A stretch of 64,000 bases of DNA from an uncultured cyanobacterium (GCA_963710605.1 CAVQBA010000001.1:256001-320000), one strand, 5' to 3'; positions 1-11,598 are shown, counted from the first letter of the stretch. A program made the numbers and translations. The notes: a model not told the origin generated them from the sequence alone.

Positions 1-529
1 AGTCAAATCAGCATTGTTTCTAATGTCGGGTGCATTACCTACTCGTAATTTGAAGCAATTACAACACAAACAAATACCTAATCAGCTTTGGATAGGTTTA
101 ACTATAGCCAGTTTATCGATTGCTGGAATGCCTTTTTTGGCAGGTTTTGTAACTAAGACATTAACCTTAAAAGGGTTAACTTCATGGCAGTTGTTGGTAA
201 TGAATATTGCCGCCGTGGGTACAGCTATTTCTTTTGCGAAGTTTATTTTCCTTCCTCATTCATCAGAGGAAAAAGCAAGTCAAGATAATGGTTTTTGGTT
301 AGCTGTCATACTGTTATTAACTGGTTTAATTCTTAGTAATTTTATTTATCTTGAGGCTTATAGTCTTTCTAAAATTGCCAAGTCTTTAGTTACTATCGGT
401 ATTGGTTGGACTATTTATTTATTAGTTATTAAAAAAACTGTTGTTTATTTACCACGTAATTTAGAACAACTAGATAATTTAATCGGTGTTATGAGTTTAA
501 CTTTAGTCGGTTTATTCTGGCTAGTATAG
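1..529 (+). CDS. Mrp/Mnh Na+/H+ antiporter subunit D-like, 3' part (runs off window start)
   Basis: Hydrophobic ORF with SIAGMPFLAGFVTK motif of the NuoL/M/N-MrpA/D family; first of a co-oriented mrp cluster. Confidence 0.8.
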   Translation, partial: VKSALFLMSGALPTRNLKQLQHKQIPNQLWIGLTIASLSIAGMPFLAGFVTKTLTLKGLTSWQLLVMNIAAVGTAISFAKFIFLPHSSEEKASQDNGFWLAVILLLTGLILSNFIYLEAYSLSKIAKSLVTIGIGWTIYLLVIKKTVVYLPRNLEQLDNLIGVMSLTLVGLFWLV

Positions 530-583
530 CAATTAGCAATTAGCAATTAGCAATTATCAATTATCAATTATCAATTATCAATT
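527..583. repeat. Heptamer short tandem repeats (CAATTAG then CAATTAT), cyanobacterial STRR-like
   Basis: Directly visible; similar heptamer runs at 13461-13493 (ACAGATA), 30621-30652 (TTATTAA), 53188-53214 (GATAATT), 59578-59633 (TTAACTC). Confidence 0.9.
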
Positions 584-955
584 ATGATTTTACATTTAAT
601 ATTTCGTTTATCAATTTGGTTTTTATTAACGAGTGATTTTTCTCCTGCTAATATTATGATTGGAGTAGCGATCGCTTTTATTTTACCTAAGACTAAAATT
701 AGCGTCAATAGCATTCATGAATGGTTCAAAATATTACCAAAGATTTTGATGACTTTACCTCAAGCTTATATCGAAGCGATCGAAATTATTCTCTTTCCTC
801 ATCGGCGAGAAAGTTTAACTCTTGAAAAAGGTTCAACAAAACGATCGTCTATTTTAATCTTTTTAGATATTTTTATCATTACATTTACGCCAAAAACGAT
901 CGTTTTAAAATATCAAGAAGAAGGTTGGTACGAAGTACACAAAATTAATAGGTAA
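584..955 (+). CDS. mnhE: Na+/H+ antiporter subunit E
   Basis: ITFTPKTIV resembles the MnhE ITLTPGT motif; operon position. Confidence 0.75.
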   Translation: MILHLIFRLSIWFLLTSDFSPANIMIGVAIAFILPKTKISVNSIHEWFKILPKILMTLPQAYIEAIEIILFPHRRESLTLEKGSTKRSSILIFLDIFIITFTPKTIVLKYQEEGWYEVHKINR

Positions 956-962
956 AATAACT

Positions 963-1241
963 ATGAATTTAATTTTAATTGTGATGATTTTGACTATTTT
1001 AATTCCCATCTATCAAACTTGGCAAGATAGAAATGTTTGGCAAAAAATGTTGGCTGTCAGCAGTATTTCTAGTAAAGCATCAGTAATTATTTTGGTTATT
1101 TCAGTATTAAGAGATGATTGGATGATGGGTGTTGTCGGAGTAATTATCTTAACTATCGGAAATGCGGGTTTGATGTTACTTGCTCATTTACTCAAACAAA
1201 TTGGTGATAATCATAAGCAAATGGTGGTTGATAACGAATGA
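963..1241 (+). CDS. Na+/H+ antiporter subunit F-like small membrane protein
   Basis: 92 aa, about 3 TM segments, between E and G. Confidence 0.6.
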   Translation: MNLILIVMILTILIPIYQTWQDRNVWQKMLAVSSISSKASVIILVISVLRDDWMMGVVGVIILTIGNAGLMLLAHLLKQIGDNHKQMVVDNE

Positions 1242-1367
1242 TTAATAATTATTTATTTATGAGTAAATAATGATTACCACAATACTATAATTATTTATTG
1301 AATAACATTTAAAAAAAATTTTTAACTATTGATACCTTTAACAATTTAAGATTAACAAATAAAAAAA

Positions 1368-1652
1368 ATGATTGACTTTTTAACCTACTTTTGCTTAATA
1401 TCAGGATTAATATTTTGGTTGTGGGGAACACCAGTTTTATTACAAAAACGATCGATTTTTTATAAACTTCATGCCCTTTCGGTTTCTGATACACTAGGTT
1501 CAATTTTAATTGTGATTGGCTTAGGTTTAAAAATACCAAGTGAATTACCTCTATTGATTTTAGCGATTATCTCCCTAGCAATTTGGAATACAATGTTAGG
1601 TTATGTATTAGCTTATGGTGCAATTAATCAGGAGGAAAAACTGGATGGATGA
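1368..1652 (+). CDS. mnhG: Na+/H+ antiporter subunit G
   Basis: YKLHALSVSDTLG matches the MnhG RLHAxxxxDTLG motif. Confidence 0.8.
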   Translation: MIDFLTYFCLISGLIFWLWGTPVLLQKRSIFYKLHALSVSDTLGSILIVIGLGLKIPSELPLLILAIISLAIWNTMLGYVLAYGAINQEEKLDG

Positions 1653-2178
1653 TCTTTATATTTATCTTATAGTTGCTTTATTACCCTTGTCTTCATTAAT
1701 GCTAATGCTGGAAGTTAATCCTTATAATGCTTTAATTGTCAGGGGTATTTTAGGGGCGGTTGCCGTTTTAACCTATGTAGTTTTAGGAGCGGCAGATGTT
1801 GCTTTAACTGAAGCTTTGATGGGAACGATGTTAGCGGTTAGTCTTTATGTTATCGCAGTCCGAAGTTCTTTAGTTATGCGTTTGGGTGTAGTTAAATCGA
1901 TATGTCATAATGACGATGATTTTAATCTTTTAATTAATAATTTACGTCAAGCAATTAGCCAGATATATCTACGTTTAGAAATTGTAACTTACGAAGATCA
2001 AGAAACTTTAGAAACAGCTTTAAATAAAAAAGAAATACACGGAATTTGCTTAGCAAATAATTCTCAATCTGAGCAAAATATTCCTTATCAAATTAAAGTA
2101 AGAGTAGCAAGATTATGTCAAGTAATTGAAGAAAATGTTAACAAAAAAAATTTTATTATTAACTTAATTAATTATTAA
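1645..2178 (+). CDS. DUF4040 / MnhB-related subunit
   Basis: LGAADVALTEALMG motif; ATG at 1645 overlapping the mnhG end preferred over 1615. Confidence 0.75.
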   Translation: MDDLYIYLIVALLPLSSLMLMLEVNPYNALIVRGILGAVAVLTYVVLGAADVALTEALMGTMLAVSLYVIAVRSSLVMRLGVVKSICHNDDDFNLLINNLRQAISQIYLRLEIVTYEDQETLETALNKKEIHGICLANNSQSEQNIPYQIKVRVARLCQVIEENVNKKNFIINLINY

Positions 2179-2187
2179 ATATTAAAT

Positions 2188-2850
2188 ATGAAAATATTAT
2201 ATCTATTAGCAGGAATAACGATGTTTGTCAAGATACTAGTTATTCCTAATTCTATTTTTGAATCAGAAGAAATATCGATTGTGGAAATGATAGTTGAAGA
2301 AAGTGGTGTGCCTAATGCGGTAAGTGCAATTATTTTTCGTAACCGTTTGTTTGACACAATTTTTGAGGTGATCGTATTTACTATTGCTACTTTAGGAATT
2401 AGTTTTTTGCTTTCTAATGAGCAACCTGCACAAGCAGTTTATCAATTTAGTGATCAAACATCGATCGTCTTAGCTCGTTTTGGGGCGACTTTAGCGGCGA
2501 TTGTAGCGATCGAATTAGCTATTAGAGGGCATTTAAGCCCCGGTGGTGGTTTTGCCGCAGGAGTGGCAGGAGGTACAGCTATTGGCTTGATTGCTATTAC
2601 CTCGTCATCAGAAGCAATGCAAACAGTCTATCAACGTTGGCGTGCGGCAATAGTCGAAAAAGTATCCGTAATTGTCTTTATTATTTTATCTGTCGTTTCT
2701 TTAGCAGGTTTAGAATTATCTCACGGTAATTTCGGACAATTATTTAGTGGTGGTATGATTCCTATCCTGAATATTATCGTAGCTCTTAAAGTAGCTTTAG
2801 GTTCTTGGGCGATACTATTATTATTTATTCGTTATCGAGGTTTGTTATAA
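2188..2850 (+). CDS. mnhB: Na+/H+ antiporter subunit B
   Basis: NAVSAII..R.FDTIFE and GHLSPGGGFAAG motifs. Confidence 0.85.
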   Translation: MKILYLLAGITMFVKILVIPNSIFESEEISIVEMIVEESGVPNAVSAIIFRNRLFDTIFEVIVFTIATLGISFLLSNEQPAQAVYQFSDQTSIVLARFGATLAAIVAIELAIRGHLSPGGGFAAGVAGGTAIGLIAITSSSEAMQTVYQRWRAAIVEKVSVIVFIILSVVSLAGLELSHGNFGQLFSGGMIPILNIIVALKVALGSWAILLLFIRYRGLL

Positions 2851-3361
2851 ATTTGGCAAATGTCTAATTATGTTGGGTTGATTTTTGCCTGCGTGCTTAC
2901 TTACTTACCTGCATCGTTTGTAACTGATGACTAATAATCATCATAACCTAGATAAATCGATCGATTTATTTATTTGGCTACAAGACAAAAATACTTAAAA
3001 GAAGAGTCAATTTATTCACAAAACCAGATAACTATAAATTTAAGGAACAAAACTGACTGCTTTATCGTCTTTAGGTTTCTGGCAATTGTCAACAATTAAA
3101 TCGATCGATTCTCAGAATATACTTTGTAAATAATGATTGATCAATCGGCTTTAAATCTTTAAATAATTCAATCAATCTCAACTTAAGCAACGAAAAACCT
3201 TTATTGATTAGGCAAAAGATTAAAATCATGTCTAATTATTAAGTGTTTTCGACCATTAGTAAAGTGCTAACTGAGAAAATAATTAATACATTACTGAATT
3301 AAAACAAAATTGATAAAATACAAAAACAAAGAGAATAATTTGAATAACTAAAATATAACCC

Positions 3362-5113
3362 ATGGCATCATCAATATCTCTAAATCAAATTGTTAAGCAT
3401 CTGAATTTGCCACTTTTGTTATCTATCGGCATTCATGGAGTATTCTTTATGACTATTCTTCCTGATTGGAATACTAACAATAAACTAAGTAGTAGTGATG
3501 GTTTACAAAATACACCTGTAATCGAATTCAACGAATTAGAAAAAACTAGATTACCACAACCAAAACAACCACCAGCTACTTTTGATTGGAATATTGTTAA
3601 TACTTTGCCATCGCAAAATGATAACTCCATTGCTTTAAATATTCCTAATCTTCCTAATCTTCCTCCTCCTCCTCCTCTCAATCAATTACCATTACCTCAA
3701 ATTAATAATGGTGGTATAGTCAATATACCTTCAATGCCACCACCACCAATCAATTTTTCACCTAACAACCCAACACCAACGACTAATCCGTTACCATTAC
3801 CTCAACCACAAATATATACTTCTAATTATTCTTCACAATTACCACCGCCGCCAAATTTTGATGGTGAAGATATTAATCAGCCAACAATTTTAGATAGTGT
3901 ACCGACTATCAGCGATTCTGATTTACCTACCTATAATACACAACCACGTCCTAGAATATCATTATCTCCTGAAGAAGAAGCTAAGATTAGGGCTGAAATT
4001 TTTGCTGATTCTAAAATTCAAATTGCCGCTAATCCACGAGATGTGATTAATGGTAAAATTACCACTCCCAATGACAATAATAACAATAATAACAATAATC
4101 CCAATCTAAATAATTCTAACAATCAAAGTGCGATCGTTCAACCGTTACCTCAAAATTACGAATCTCTGGCTAGTAAACTAGAAAAAAAACCTGAGAATAC
4201 TACTAACGATGAAGCGAGAAAAAACTATGTCGCATGGGCGGCAAAAGTCAAAAACGTCAAATCACAACAAGTTACCTTACAAGGTATATACCCTAAAGAC
4301 GCTTGCGTTCGCAAATTAGAAGGCACTACAACCTATGGAGTTACTGTTAACCCCAGTGGTAGTGTAGTTAGTAGTAATTTGATTAAAAGTTCGGGTTATA
4401 GCTTATTCAATAATCAAGCATTAAGACAAATTCAGGGGCGTAAATTTGCTAACAATACAGGTGGCAATCAACCATATCATGTTTATGTTAACTTTAACTA
4501 TAATCAAAATATTTGTCCTTCCCTTTCAATTAATAACCTAGGTAATATACCAGCGGCAAATCCTCCTAAAACAACTCCTAATACTAATACTAATCAACCT
4601 CAGCAGACAGAAACTAAACCCCAAACTACTGTTACACCTGTTACACCTGTTACACCAAAAACTAATCAACCTCAACAGCAGACAGAAACTAAACCTCAAA
4701 CTACTGTTATACCTGTTACACCAAAAACTACACCAAAAACTAATCAACCTCAACAACAGACAGAAACTAAACCCAAAACTACTGTTACACCCGTTACACC
4801 AAAACCTACACCAAAAACTAATCAACCTCAACAACAGACAGAAACTAAACCTCAAACGACTGTTATACCTGTTACACCAAAACCTACACCAAATCAAACG
4901 ACAACTAAACCTCAACCTAAACAAACAGTTGTGCCTGTCAAACCTCAAAATAAAACACCGACTAAACCACAACCTATTCCTGAAACTAAGTTACCGAATA
5001 CATCTGAGAATAAAGCGAATCAGTTAGTGATACCTAAAACAAATCCGCCTAAAACTGAATCTAAATCTATTACTCCTAACTCCTCAGAAAATCAAAATAA
5101 ATTAACTCCTTAA
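3362..5113 (+). CDS. TonB family energy transducer with long Pro/Thr/Gln C-terminal tail
   Basis: N-terminal TM with S-x3-H (SIGIH), Pro-rich spacer, TonB_C motif YPKDA...G...V...KSSGY..FNNQAL. Confidence 0.75.
   Translation: MASSISLNQIVKHLNLPLLLSIGIHGVFFMTILPDWNTNNKLSSSDGLQNTPVIEFNELEKTRLPQPKQPPATFDWNIVNTLPSQNDNSIALNIPNLPNLPPPPPLNQLPLPQINNGGIVNIPSMPPPPINFSPNNPTPTTNPLPLPQPQIYTSNYSSQLPPPPNFDGEDINQPTILDSVPTISDSDLPTYNTQPRPRISLSPEEEAKIRAEIFADSKIQIAANPRDVINGKITTPNDNNNNNNNNPNLNNSNNQSAIVQPLPQNYESLASKLEKKPENTTNDEARKNYVAWAAKVKNVKSQQVTLQGIYPKDACVRKLEGTTTYGVTVNPSGSVVSSNLIKSSGYSLFNNQALRQIQGRKFANNTGGNQPYHVYVNFNYNQNICPSLSINNLGNIPAANPPKTTPNTNTNQPQQTETKPQTTVTPVTPVTPKTNQPQQQTETKPQTTVIPVTPKTTPKTNQPQQQTETKPKTTVTPVTPKPTPKTNQPQQQTETKPQTTVIPVTPKPTPNQTTTKPQPKQTVVPVKPQNKTPTKPQPIPETKLPNTSENKANQLVIPKTNPPKTESKSITPNSSENQNKLTP
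4590..4890 (+). repeat. Four intragenic tandem repeats (~69-78 bp; TNQPQQQTETKPQTTV(T/I)PVTPK)
   Basis: Visible in DNA (actaatcaacctcaacaacagacagaaactaaacc) and protein. Confidence 0.9.
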
Positions 5114-5377
5114 AAAGATTGATAATTTTTAAAATACTGATAATCAAGTCAAATAAATAAAGCCTGTGTTGCAAATAACATTAAATAGATAATCTGGTGT
5201 GTTGTTTGTTGTAAATCAAATAAAAAGACAAGGCGTGCCTTGTCTCTACTGTCAAAAAAAATTATCAATTGTGTGTATAGCCGTTAACTTCTCTAATGTG
5301 TGAGGAATAAGATTCGCTCTTGTTAATTTAGCTAAAAGGTTGCTATATTTAAGACAAATTAAAATCTCAATTTAGAA

Positions 5378-6482
5378 TTATCGATCGTTATTAACTGTTT
5401 TTGTTGCTACCCAATATTTACTAAAAGCATGAACTTCTTCTTTGATATCAGTAAAACCTGCTTTATTTAAACGTAAACTAAGAATCATCTTTGATATAGT
5501 CAGTATAAAATGGTTCATGAAACATCAGAGGAAAATTTTTCATCATTGATTCTAAATCAGCCGAATCAGATAACTGGATTGAGTCAGCAATGACAACTAC
5601 TCCTCCGGGCTGTAAAACTCTAAAAAATTCGTCAATCACTTTTTGTCTGACTGCGTTAGGCAATTCGTGAAATAAAAATACGTTAGTAACTGCATCAAAA
5701 TAATTGTCAGCATAAGGTAAATTTTCGGCATTACCTTCTAGTAATTGGGGGATTGCTTCTGGTATCTGAGTTAGAAGTTGATTTGCTTTACGTAAATACG
5801 CCACCGATAAATCTACACCATATAAAGACGCATTAGCTATCGTGCTTCTAATAAATTTTAATGTTCTACCTGTACCACAAGCAACATCCAAAATTTTAGG
5901 CTCATCAATAGATAGATTCAGATTAGGATTATTACTTAAACCTTGTTTAAGAGGCTTAAGAATACGACGACGCATTGCATCAGCAACTCCGTTAAACAAA
6001 ATATCAACTTGTAAGTCATAAACATCAGCCGAATGCTCACTTAGATAACCATCGCTTTGATAATGAAAGTTACGACGATAGTATTGAGGATATTTTTCTA
6101 AGTTGACATTTGCGGGAAATTCTTGAGCATTTTGTTTTTGCATTCTCGTCCATGTTTGAGGAGAATCTAACCATATTTTAAGATAGCTGGGCAAAAACTC
6201 AAGTAAGTTATCCTCAAATAATAAGCTAATCGGATATACTCCATCATGGGCATCTTGCCAGTCTTGATTAATTAAATAATCAAATCGACTTTGCAACCTA
6301 GTTAATGCTTCAGGTGATATATCTTCAAATTGGATATTAGCAGGAAAAAAAGCTTTTCTTATTTCGGTAGCTAGGTTTTTGTGTGCTAGACTTAATGCCG
6401 CTTTAGCAGTTTGCCCTGTTTGGTAAAGATTTTTTAAGAGAGTATCAGGTAAAAATTGCTCTGGTTGTAAATTTGATTGCAT
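5378..6482 (-). CDS. Class I SAM-dependent methyltransferase (frameshift near 5483; extended C-terminus ends at 5378)
   Basis: LDVACGTG motif; removing one T after ...IKDD gives LSLRLNKAGFTDIKEEVHAFSKYWVATKTVNNDR*. Confidence 0.8.
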
Positions 6483-6706
6483 GGAATACGATCGATTTTA
6501 TTTGAGTAAAAATGAATTATTATTAACTATTGTAATAAATCTTTACGCTGTTTTTAATTGAATCAAGACTATTTCTCAAAAAAATACGATCGAAGTTAGA
6601 ATAATTTCAATCAATAACTAATCATTTGCTTTCCAAGCACTATTGTTTTATTTACAACTAAATAATATCCATAATGATACTATAGTTAAAATGACATTTT
6701 ATTCAA

Positions 6707-6967
6707 ATGCCAAAAATTAATAAACTTATTGCTAATTTTAGGAATAATCCAGAAAATGTTAAGTTTACAGATTTAGTTAAGGTTTGTAACTATTATTTTG
6801 GCGAACCAAGACAACAAAAAACGAGTCATTGTGTTTACAAGACTCCTTGGCTGGGTAATCCTAGAGTAAACATTCAAAATAAAAATGGGAAAGCAAAAGT
6901 TTATCAAGTTAAGCAGGTTTTAGCCGCTATTATTAAACTGGAAGAGGATATCAATAATGAAGATTAA
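6707..6967 (+). CDS. HicA-like toxin
   Basis: 86 aa basic protein, RQQKTSHCVYK...NIQ..NGKAKVYQVKQ typical of HicA variants; overlaps downstream gene. Confidence 0.75.
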   Translation: MPKINKLIANFRNNPENVKFTDLVKVCNYYFGEPRQQKTSHCVYKTPWLGNPRVNIQNKNGKAKVYQVKQVLAAIIKLEEDINNED

Positions 6968-7184
6968 TCATGAGCATTATACTTATCGAATTATTTGGTC
7001 TCCCGAAGATCAAGAATTTGTCGGTTTGTGTGTTGAGTTTCCTAGTTTATCCTATCTAGATGACGATCGTTTTAGAGCCTTTGAAAAAATTACCAGTTTA
7101 GTTCAAGAGGTAATTGCTGATATGGAAGCTAATGGGGAACAAATACCAGAACCTATATCATTAAGACGCTACAATACAATTTAG
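6957..7184 (+). CDS. HicB-like antitoxin (short, no C-terminal RHH)
   Basis: YTYRIIWSPEDQEFVGLCVEFPSLS...GEQIPEP. Confidence 0.75.
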   Translation: MKINHEHYTYRIIWSPEDQEFVGLCVEFPSLSYLDDDRFRAFEKITSLVQEVIADMEANGEQIPEPISLRRYNTI

Positions 7185-7508
7185 TTGATATTTTTTCAAT
7201 ACCTCCACTAATTCTTTTATGATCTATTTTTCAAATCTATGTGTATAAATCCGTTGTTACTTCGTTATATTCAATGGTGGTTTGACCGATTAAATCTTTA
7301 TCTGTAATTTTATTTTTCTGTTAGAATAGGTTGTACATTGGAAACGTTTCGGGTTCGACAATCCCATCAATAGCTATCGGCAATTTTACAGGTTATTCGC
7401 AACAATTGTGTGAATATTTTGGATTTACACTCGTTGATGATATATTTGATTTTCAGGAATCAGAAAAAAATCCTGAAAATTCTAATTAGTTATTTTTATT
7501 TGTACTTA

Positions 7509-7581
<73 letters not shown>

Positions 7582-7902
7582 ATGTCTTAATGACACTTAC
7601 CTAGTATAGCTAACTTTTCTAGGCTTGGCAAGGTCAATAATAATGAAGAATGAAAAATTAGCTCTATGATTAAGTTTAAGCCTTAAATTAGTTCAATAAT
7701 TTTTTTTTTGCGTCTTAAAATATGAGCCTTAAGACCTAACTTTTTTTTGGTCAAGTACAAGAAATAATGATAATTGCTTCAACCTTAAGTTACAACTCAT
7801 CAAAATTATCAGCATCATCAAAAAGAGAAATATAGTTAATAGCAGATAGTTTCAATATTTAGCTACTAACTATGCAGAATGCTTTTTCTCTTATCAATTG
7901 AA

Positions 7903-8118
7903 TTAACCTTCGACGTTTAAAAAAGGTAATAAAGCTACTAAACGAGCTCTTTTAACAGCAGTAGTTAATGCTCTTTGTTGACGAGCGGTTAAACCTGTAA
8001 TTCTACGAGGAAGCATTTTTCCTCTTTCAGTTACAAATTTGTGTAACAATTCTACGTCTTTATAGTCAATAACTTGACTCGTAGAGAGGGGGGATTGTCT
8101 TTTACGGAAATAAGCCAT
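7903..8118 (-). CDS. rpsR: 30S ribosomal protein S18
   Basis: [23 protein letters not shown]. Confidence 0.97.
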   Translation of the reverse strand: MAYFRKRQSPLSTSQVIDYKDVELLHKFVTERGKMLPRRITGLTARQQRALTTAVKRARLVALLPFLNVEG

Positions 8119-8186
8119 GATTTATTTTACAATTATGATTTGTTACTGTGAAGATCAAAAAAATTTCTGGGAAGAAATTAATCTAA

Positions 8187-8381
8187 CTATTTAATTTCTT
8201 TATGGACTGTATGCTTATTACAATGGGTACAGAATTTTTTGAGTTCTAATCTATTGGTGGTATTACGTCTATTTTTCATGGTGGTGTAACGAGATACACC
8301 TTTAGAACGTTTATCTAGGTTAGTACGGCATTCTGTACACTCTAAAGTAATAATTAAACGGACACCTTTTTTACTGGCCAT
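8187..8381 (-). CDS. rpmG: 50S ribosomal protein L33
   Basis: LECTEC...[28 protein letters not shown]. Confidence 0.97.
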   Translation of the reverse strand: MASKKGVRLIITLECTECRTNLDKRSKGVSRYTTMKNRRNTTNRLELKKFCTHCNKHTVHKEIK

Positions 8382-8940
8382 TGTTTTAGTTTAAGTTACT
8401 ATAAAGCTAATTTTATACACAATCTACTATTATCTAACAAAAACTATAGTTTTGACAAGTCTTATTATTAAAGTTCGATCGATTTATACTTCCAAATTTT
8501 ACTCTAAAGCCTTATCTTTTAACATAGAACAGATCATAAGAGAATTAAATATTTACATTCTTCATTTTTAACTAATTATCAATTACATAAAAAAATAGTT
8601 GTTTAATTGATTAATGAAAGTTGCAAAAAATCAAAGTAATCTCAAATATTTGTGGAGAAAAAATAAAAAAAATATTAAGATTAGATAGCCAAGTTAAGGA
8701 AAAAATTTCGCTAGGGATAATAAAGGGTTTACAATATATGAATAAATTTGCATTATCAAAAATTGTCGCTCTATATAACTAAATAGTTAAGCTTAAGTAA
8801 CGCATTTATTTGTAAATCGTCGTTTATTATTCTCAAAATAATTGATTGTCGTTTATAAATGCAATAGTGAAAACATTTAACTAAATATAGAAACACTTGT
8901 GTAATTGATAAGCTCAATCGTCTTACCTAAAACTCTTTAG

Positions 8941-10545
8941 ATGAATAATTGTAATCAACCTATTACTAAAAAAACTTTTTCTCTAACTACCCCTTTATAT
9001 TATGTAAATGGTTTACCTCATATTGGTAGTGCTTATACCACGATGATAGCTGATGCGATCGCCCGTTGGTATCGGTTATCAAATTTTGAGGTAATGTTTG
9101 TTACGGGTACAGATGAACATGGGCAAAAAATTCAACGTACTGCCGAAGCTAATAATGTCGCTCCTCAACTTCATTGTGATACCATCGTCGAGAGTTTTCA
9201 ACTTCTGTGGCAAAAACTAGATATACAATACGATAGTTTTACTCGCACCACCGCTGATAAACACTCGATAATTGTGAAAGAATTTTTTGCAAGAGTATCA
9301 CAACAAGAAGATATTTATTTAGCACAACAACAAGGTTGGTATTGTGTCGGTTGTGAAGAATTTAAAGAAGAAAGAGAATTATTAGAAAACAAACATTGCC
9401 CCATTCATACTAATCAAGCAGTAGAATGGCGAGATGAGCAAAACTATTTCTTCCGTCTTTCTCGCTATCAACAACAACTAGAAGATTTATACGAATCTAA
9501 CCCCGAATTTATTCAACCCCAAAGCAGACGAAATGAGGTTATTAACTTCGTTAAACAAGGATTACAAGACTTTTCTATCTCTCGAATTAATGTATCTTGG
9601 GGTTTTCCTATTCCTGATGATTCTGCTCATACCATCTATGTTTGGTTTGATGCACTCTTAGGTTATGTCACAGCTTTGTTAGACGAAGATGATGAAGTTA
9701 ATTTGGAAAATGCACTCAAAAAATGGTATCCCTTTAATCTTCATTTAATTGGTAAAGATATACTCCGCTTTCATGCTGTTTATTGGCCAGCTATGTTAAT
9801 GTCAGCACAATTACCTTTGCCTAAGCAAGTTTTCGGGCATGGTTTTCTCACTAAAGATGGGCGTAAAATGGGTAAGAGTTTGGGTAATACACTTGATCCT
9901 TTTGAGTTGGTTGATAAATATGGCTCGGATGCTATCCGTTATTATTTCCTCAAAGAAATTGAAGTAGGAGAAGATGGCGACTTTAACGAAACTCGTTTTA
10001 TTAATACCGTTAATGCCGATTTAGCGAACGATTTAGGTAATTTACTTAATCGCTCTAGAGGGATGTTGAAAAAATACTGTCAAAACACTTTACCTGCCAT
10101 TACAGGTGCCGATATTGCTGATGATAATCCAGTTAAACAAATAGGGGTGGTTTTACCTGAACGAATTAAACAAGCTTATAGTAGTTATCGTTTTCAAGAT
10201 TTATTCAATAATGTATTCGCTTTAATTGGTCAATGTAATAAATATATTGATGATAGTAAACCTTGGACTTTGTTCAAAAATGAAGAGCAATTTGAGGTGG
10301 AAAAAATTCTTTATGTTGTACTTGAATCAGTAAGATTTGCCGGTTTTAGTTTAGCACCAATTGTTCCTAATATTAGTAATAAAATTTATCATCAATTAGG
10401 GTATGAGTTTGATTTTAATGACCAAAAATTAGGAGAGAAACTATCACTTTCTTCTGAACATTGGCAATGGGGGAAATTAACGATTAATTCTGATTTACCT
10501 AAAGCTGAGCCAGTTTTTGCCAGATTAGAACTACCTGAAAATTAA
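8941..10545 (+). CDS. metG: Methionine--tRNA ligase
   Basis: TTPLYYVN..PHIGSAY, GTDEHG, YVWFDAL, KMGKS motifs. Confidence 0.96.
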   Translation: MNNCNQPITKKTFSLTTPLYYVNGLPHIGSAYTTMIADAIARWYRLSNFEVMFVTGTDEHGQKIQRTAEANNVAPQLHCDTIVESFQLLWQKLDIQYDSFTRTTADKHSIIVKEFFARVSQQEDIYLAQQQGWYCVGCEEFKEERELLENKHCPIHTNQAVEWRDEQNYFFRLSRYQQQLEDLYESNPEFIQPQSRRNEVINFVKQGLQDFSISRINVSWGFPIPDDSAHTIYVWFDALLGYVTALLDEDDEVNLENALKKWYPFNLHLIGKDILRFHAVYWPAMLMSAQLPLPKQVFGHGFLTKDGRKMGKSLGNTLDPFELVDKYGSDAIRYYFLKEIEVGEDGDFNETRFINTVNADLANDLGNLLNRSRGMLKKYCQNTLPAITGADIADDNPVKQIGVVLPERIKQAYSSYRFQDLFNNVFALIGQCNKYIDDSKPWTLFKNEEQFEVEKILYVVLESVRFAGFSLAPIVPNISNKIYHQLGYEFDFNDQKLGEKLSLSSEHWQWGKLTINSDLPKAEPVFARLELPEN

Positions 10546-10851
10546 TAGCTGTAAAGTTTTTTTCTAATTAGTTGAATATACAGCTTTAATTATATTTGTA
10601 ATAAATTAGTTAAATATAGCTTTTAAGTTATAAACCTTTTATCGTTTAAAGAAAAAGAATAAAAATAAAAAAGTGAAAATAAGACATATTTTTGCTAAAC
10701 TATAATTAAATTATAAAAATAATTAGTAGTATTTTTAACTACTAATTGAATCTAAAGATTAAGTTATTATCAAGATAATTTAATCAAATATAACTTTTAA
10801 TAAAAACTTTTTCCAAAACTAATTTTAAATAAAATATAAAAGGATAAATAA

Positions 10852-11457
10852 ATGTGGGATAATTTTGATAGCGATCCCGTTTTCCCCCCTGAGCAAGTGC
10901 TAGAAAATAGGGGTAGGGTAGCTATATTCATTGATGGTTCAAATTTGTTTTATGCGGCATTACAGTTAGGTGTAGAAATTGATTATACCAAGCTACTTTA
11001 TCGTTTGACCGCAGGTGCTAAATTATTAAGAGCCTTTTTTTACACAGGTGTCGATCGTACTAATGAAAAACAACAAGGTTTTTTACTTTGGATGCGTCGT
11101 AACGGTTATAGAGTAATTGCTAAAGATTTAGTGCAGTTACCTGATGGTTCTAAAAAAGCGAATTTAGACGTTGAAATTGCGGTAGATTTAATGGCTTTAG
11201 TCGCTCATTATGACACTGCGGTGTTAGTAAGTGGTGATGGTGATTTAGCTTATGCCGTTGATGCGGTGAGTTATCGTGGAGCGAGGATTGAAGTAGTTAG
11301 TTTACGATCGATGACTAGTGATAGTTTAATTAATGTAGCCGATCGTTATATTGATCTAGAACAAATCAGAGAAGACATCCAAAAAACACGCAAATCTAAC
11401 CTTACTTATGATAGTTTTTCTCCTTATCATTTAATTGAAAATAGAGATGCGGAATAA
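10852..11457 (+). CDS. NYN domain protein (LabA/LalA-like)
   Basis: AIFIDGSNL...KANLDVEIAVD...LVSGDGD. Confidence 0.85.
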   Translation: MWDNFDSDPVFPPEQVLENRGRVAIFIDGSNLFYAALQLGVEIDYTKLLYRLTAGAKLLRAFFYTGVDRTNEKQQGFLLWMRRNGYRVIAKDLVQLPDGSKKANLDVEIAVDLMALVAHYDTAVLVSGDGDLAYAVDAVSYRGARIEVVSLRSMTSDSLINVADRYIDLEQIREDIQKTRKSNLTYDSFSPYHLIENRDAE

Positions 11458-11598
11458 TTTTATTTTAATAAATATTAATTATCAATTATTAATTATTAAC
11501 TATTAATAATTGATAATAAAAAGGTTAAATCTAGATAAAGATAAATAATAAATTTATAATCTTGATCAAAATGATTAATGGGCAAATAAATTCCAATT

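Noticed and set aside
3433-4972. Antisense ORFs 3433-3681 and 4538-4972, and other shadow ORFs opposite rplL, MFS, pentapeptide, cmr and guaB genes
   Set aside because: Mirror frames of well-supported genes or repeats.
6532-6546. Possible NtcA box GTA...TAC upstream of the methyltransferase
   Set aside because: Spacing is N9 rather than N8.
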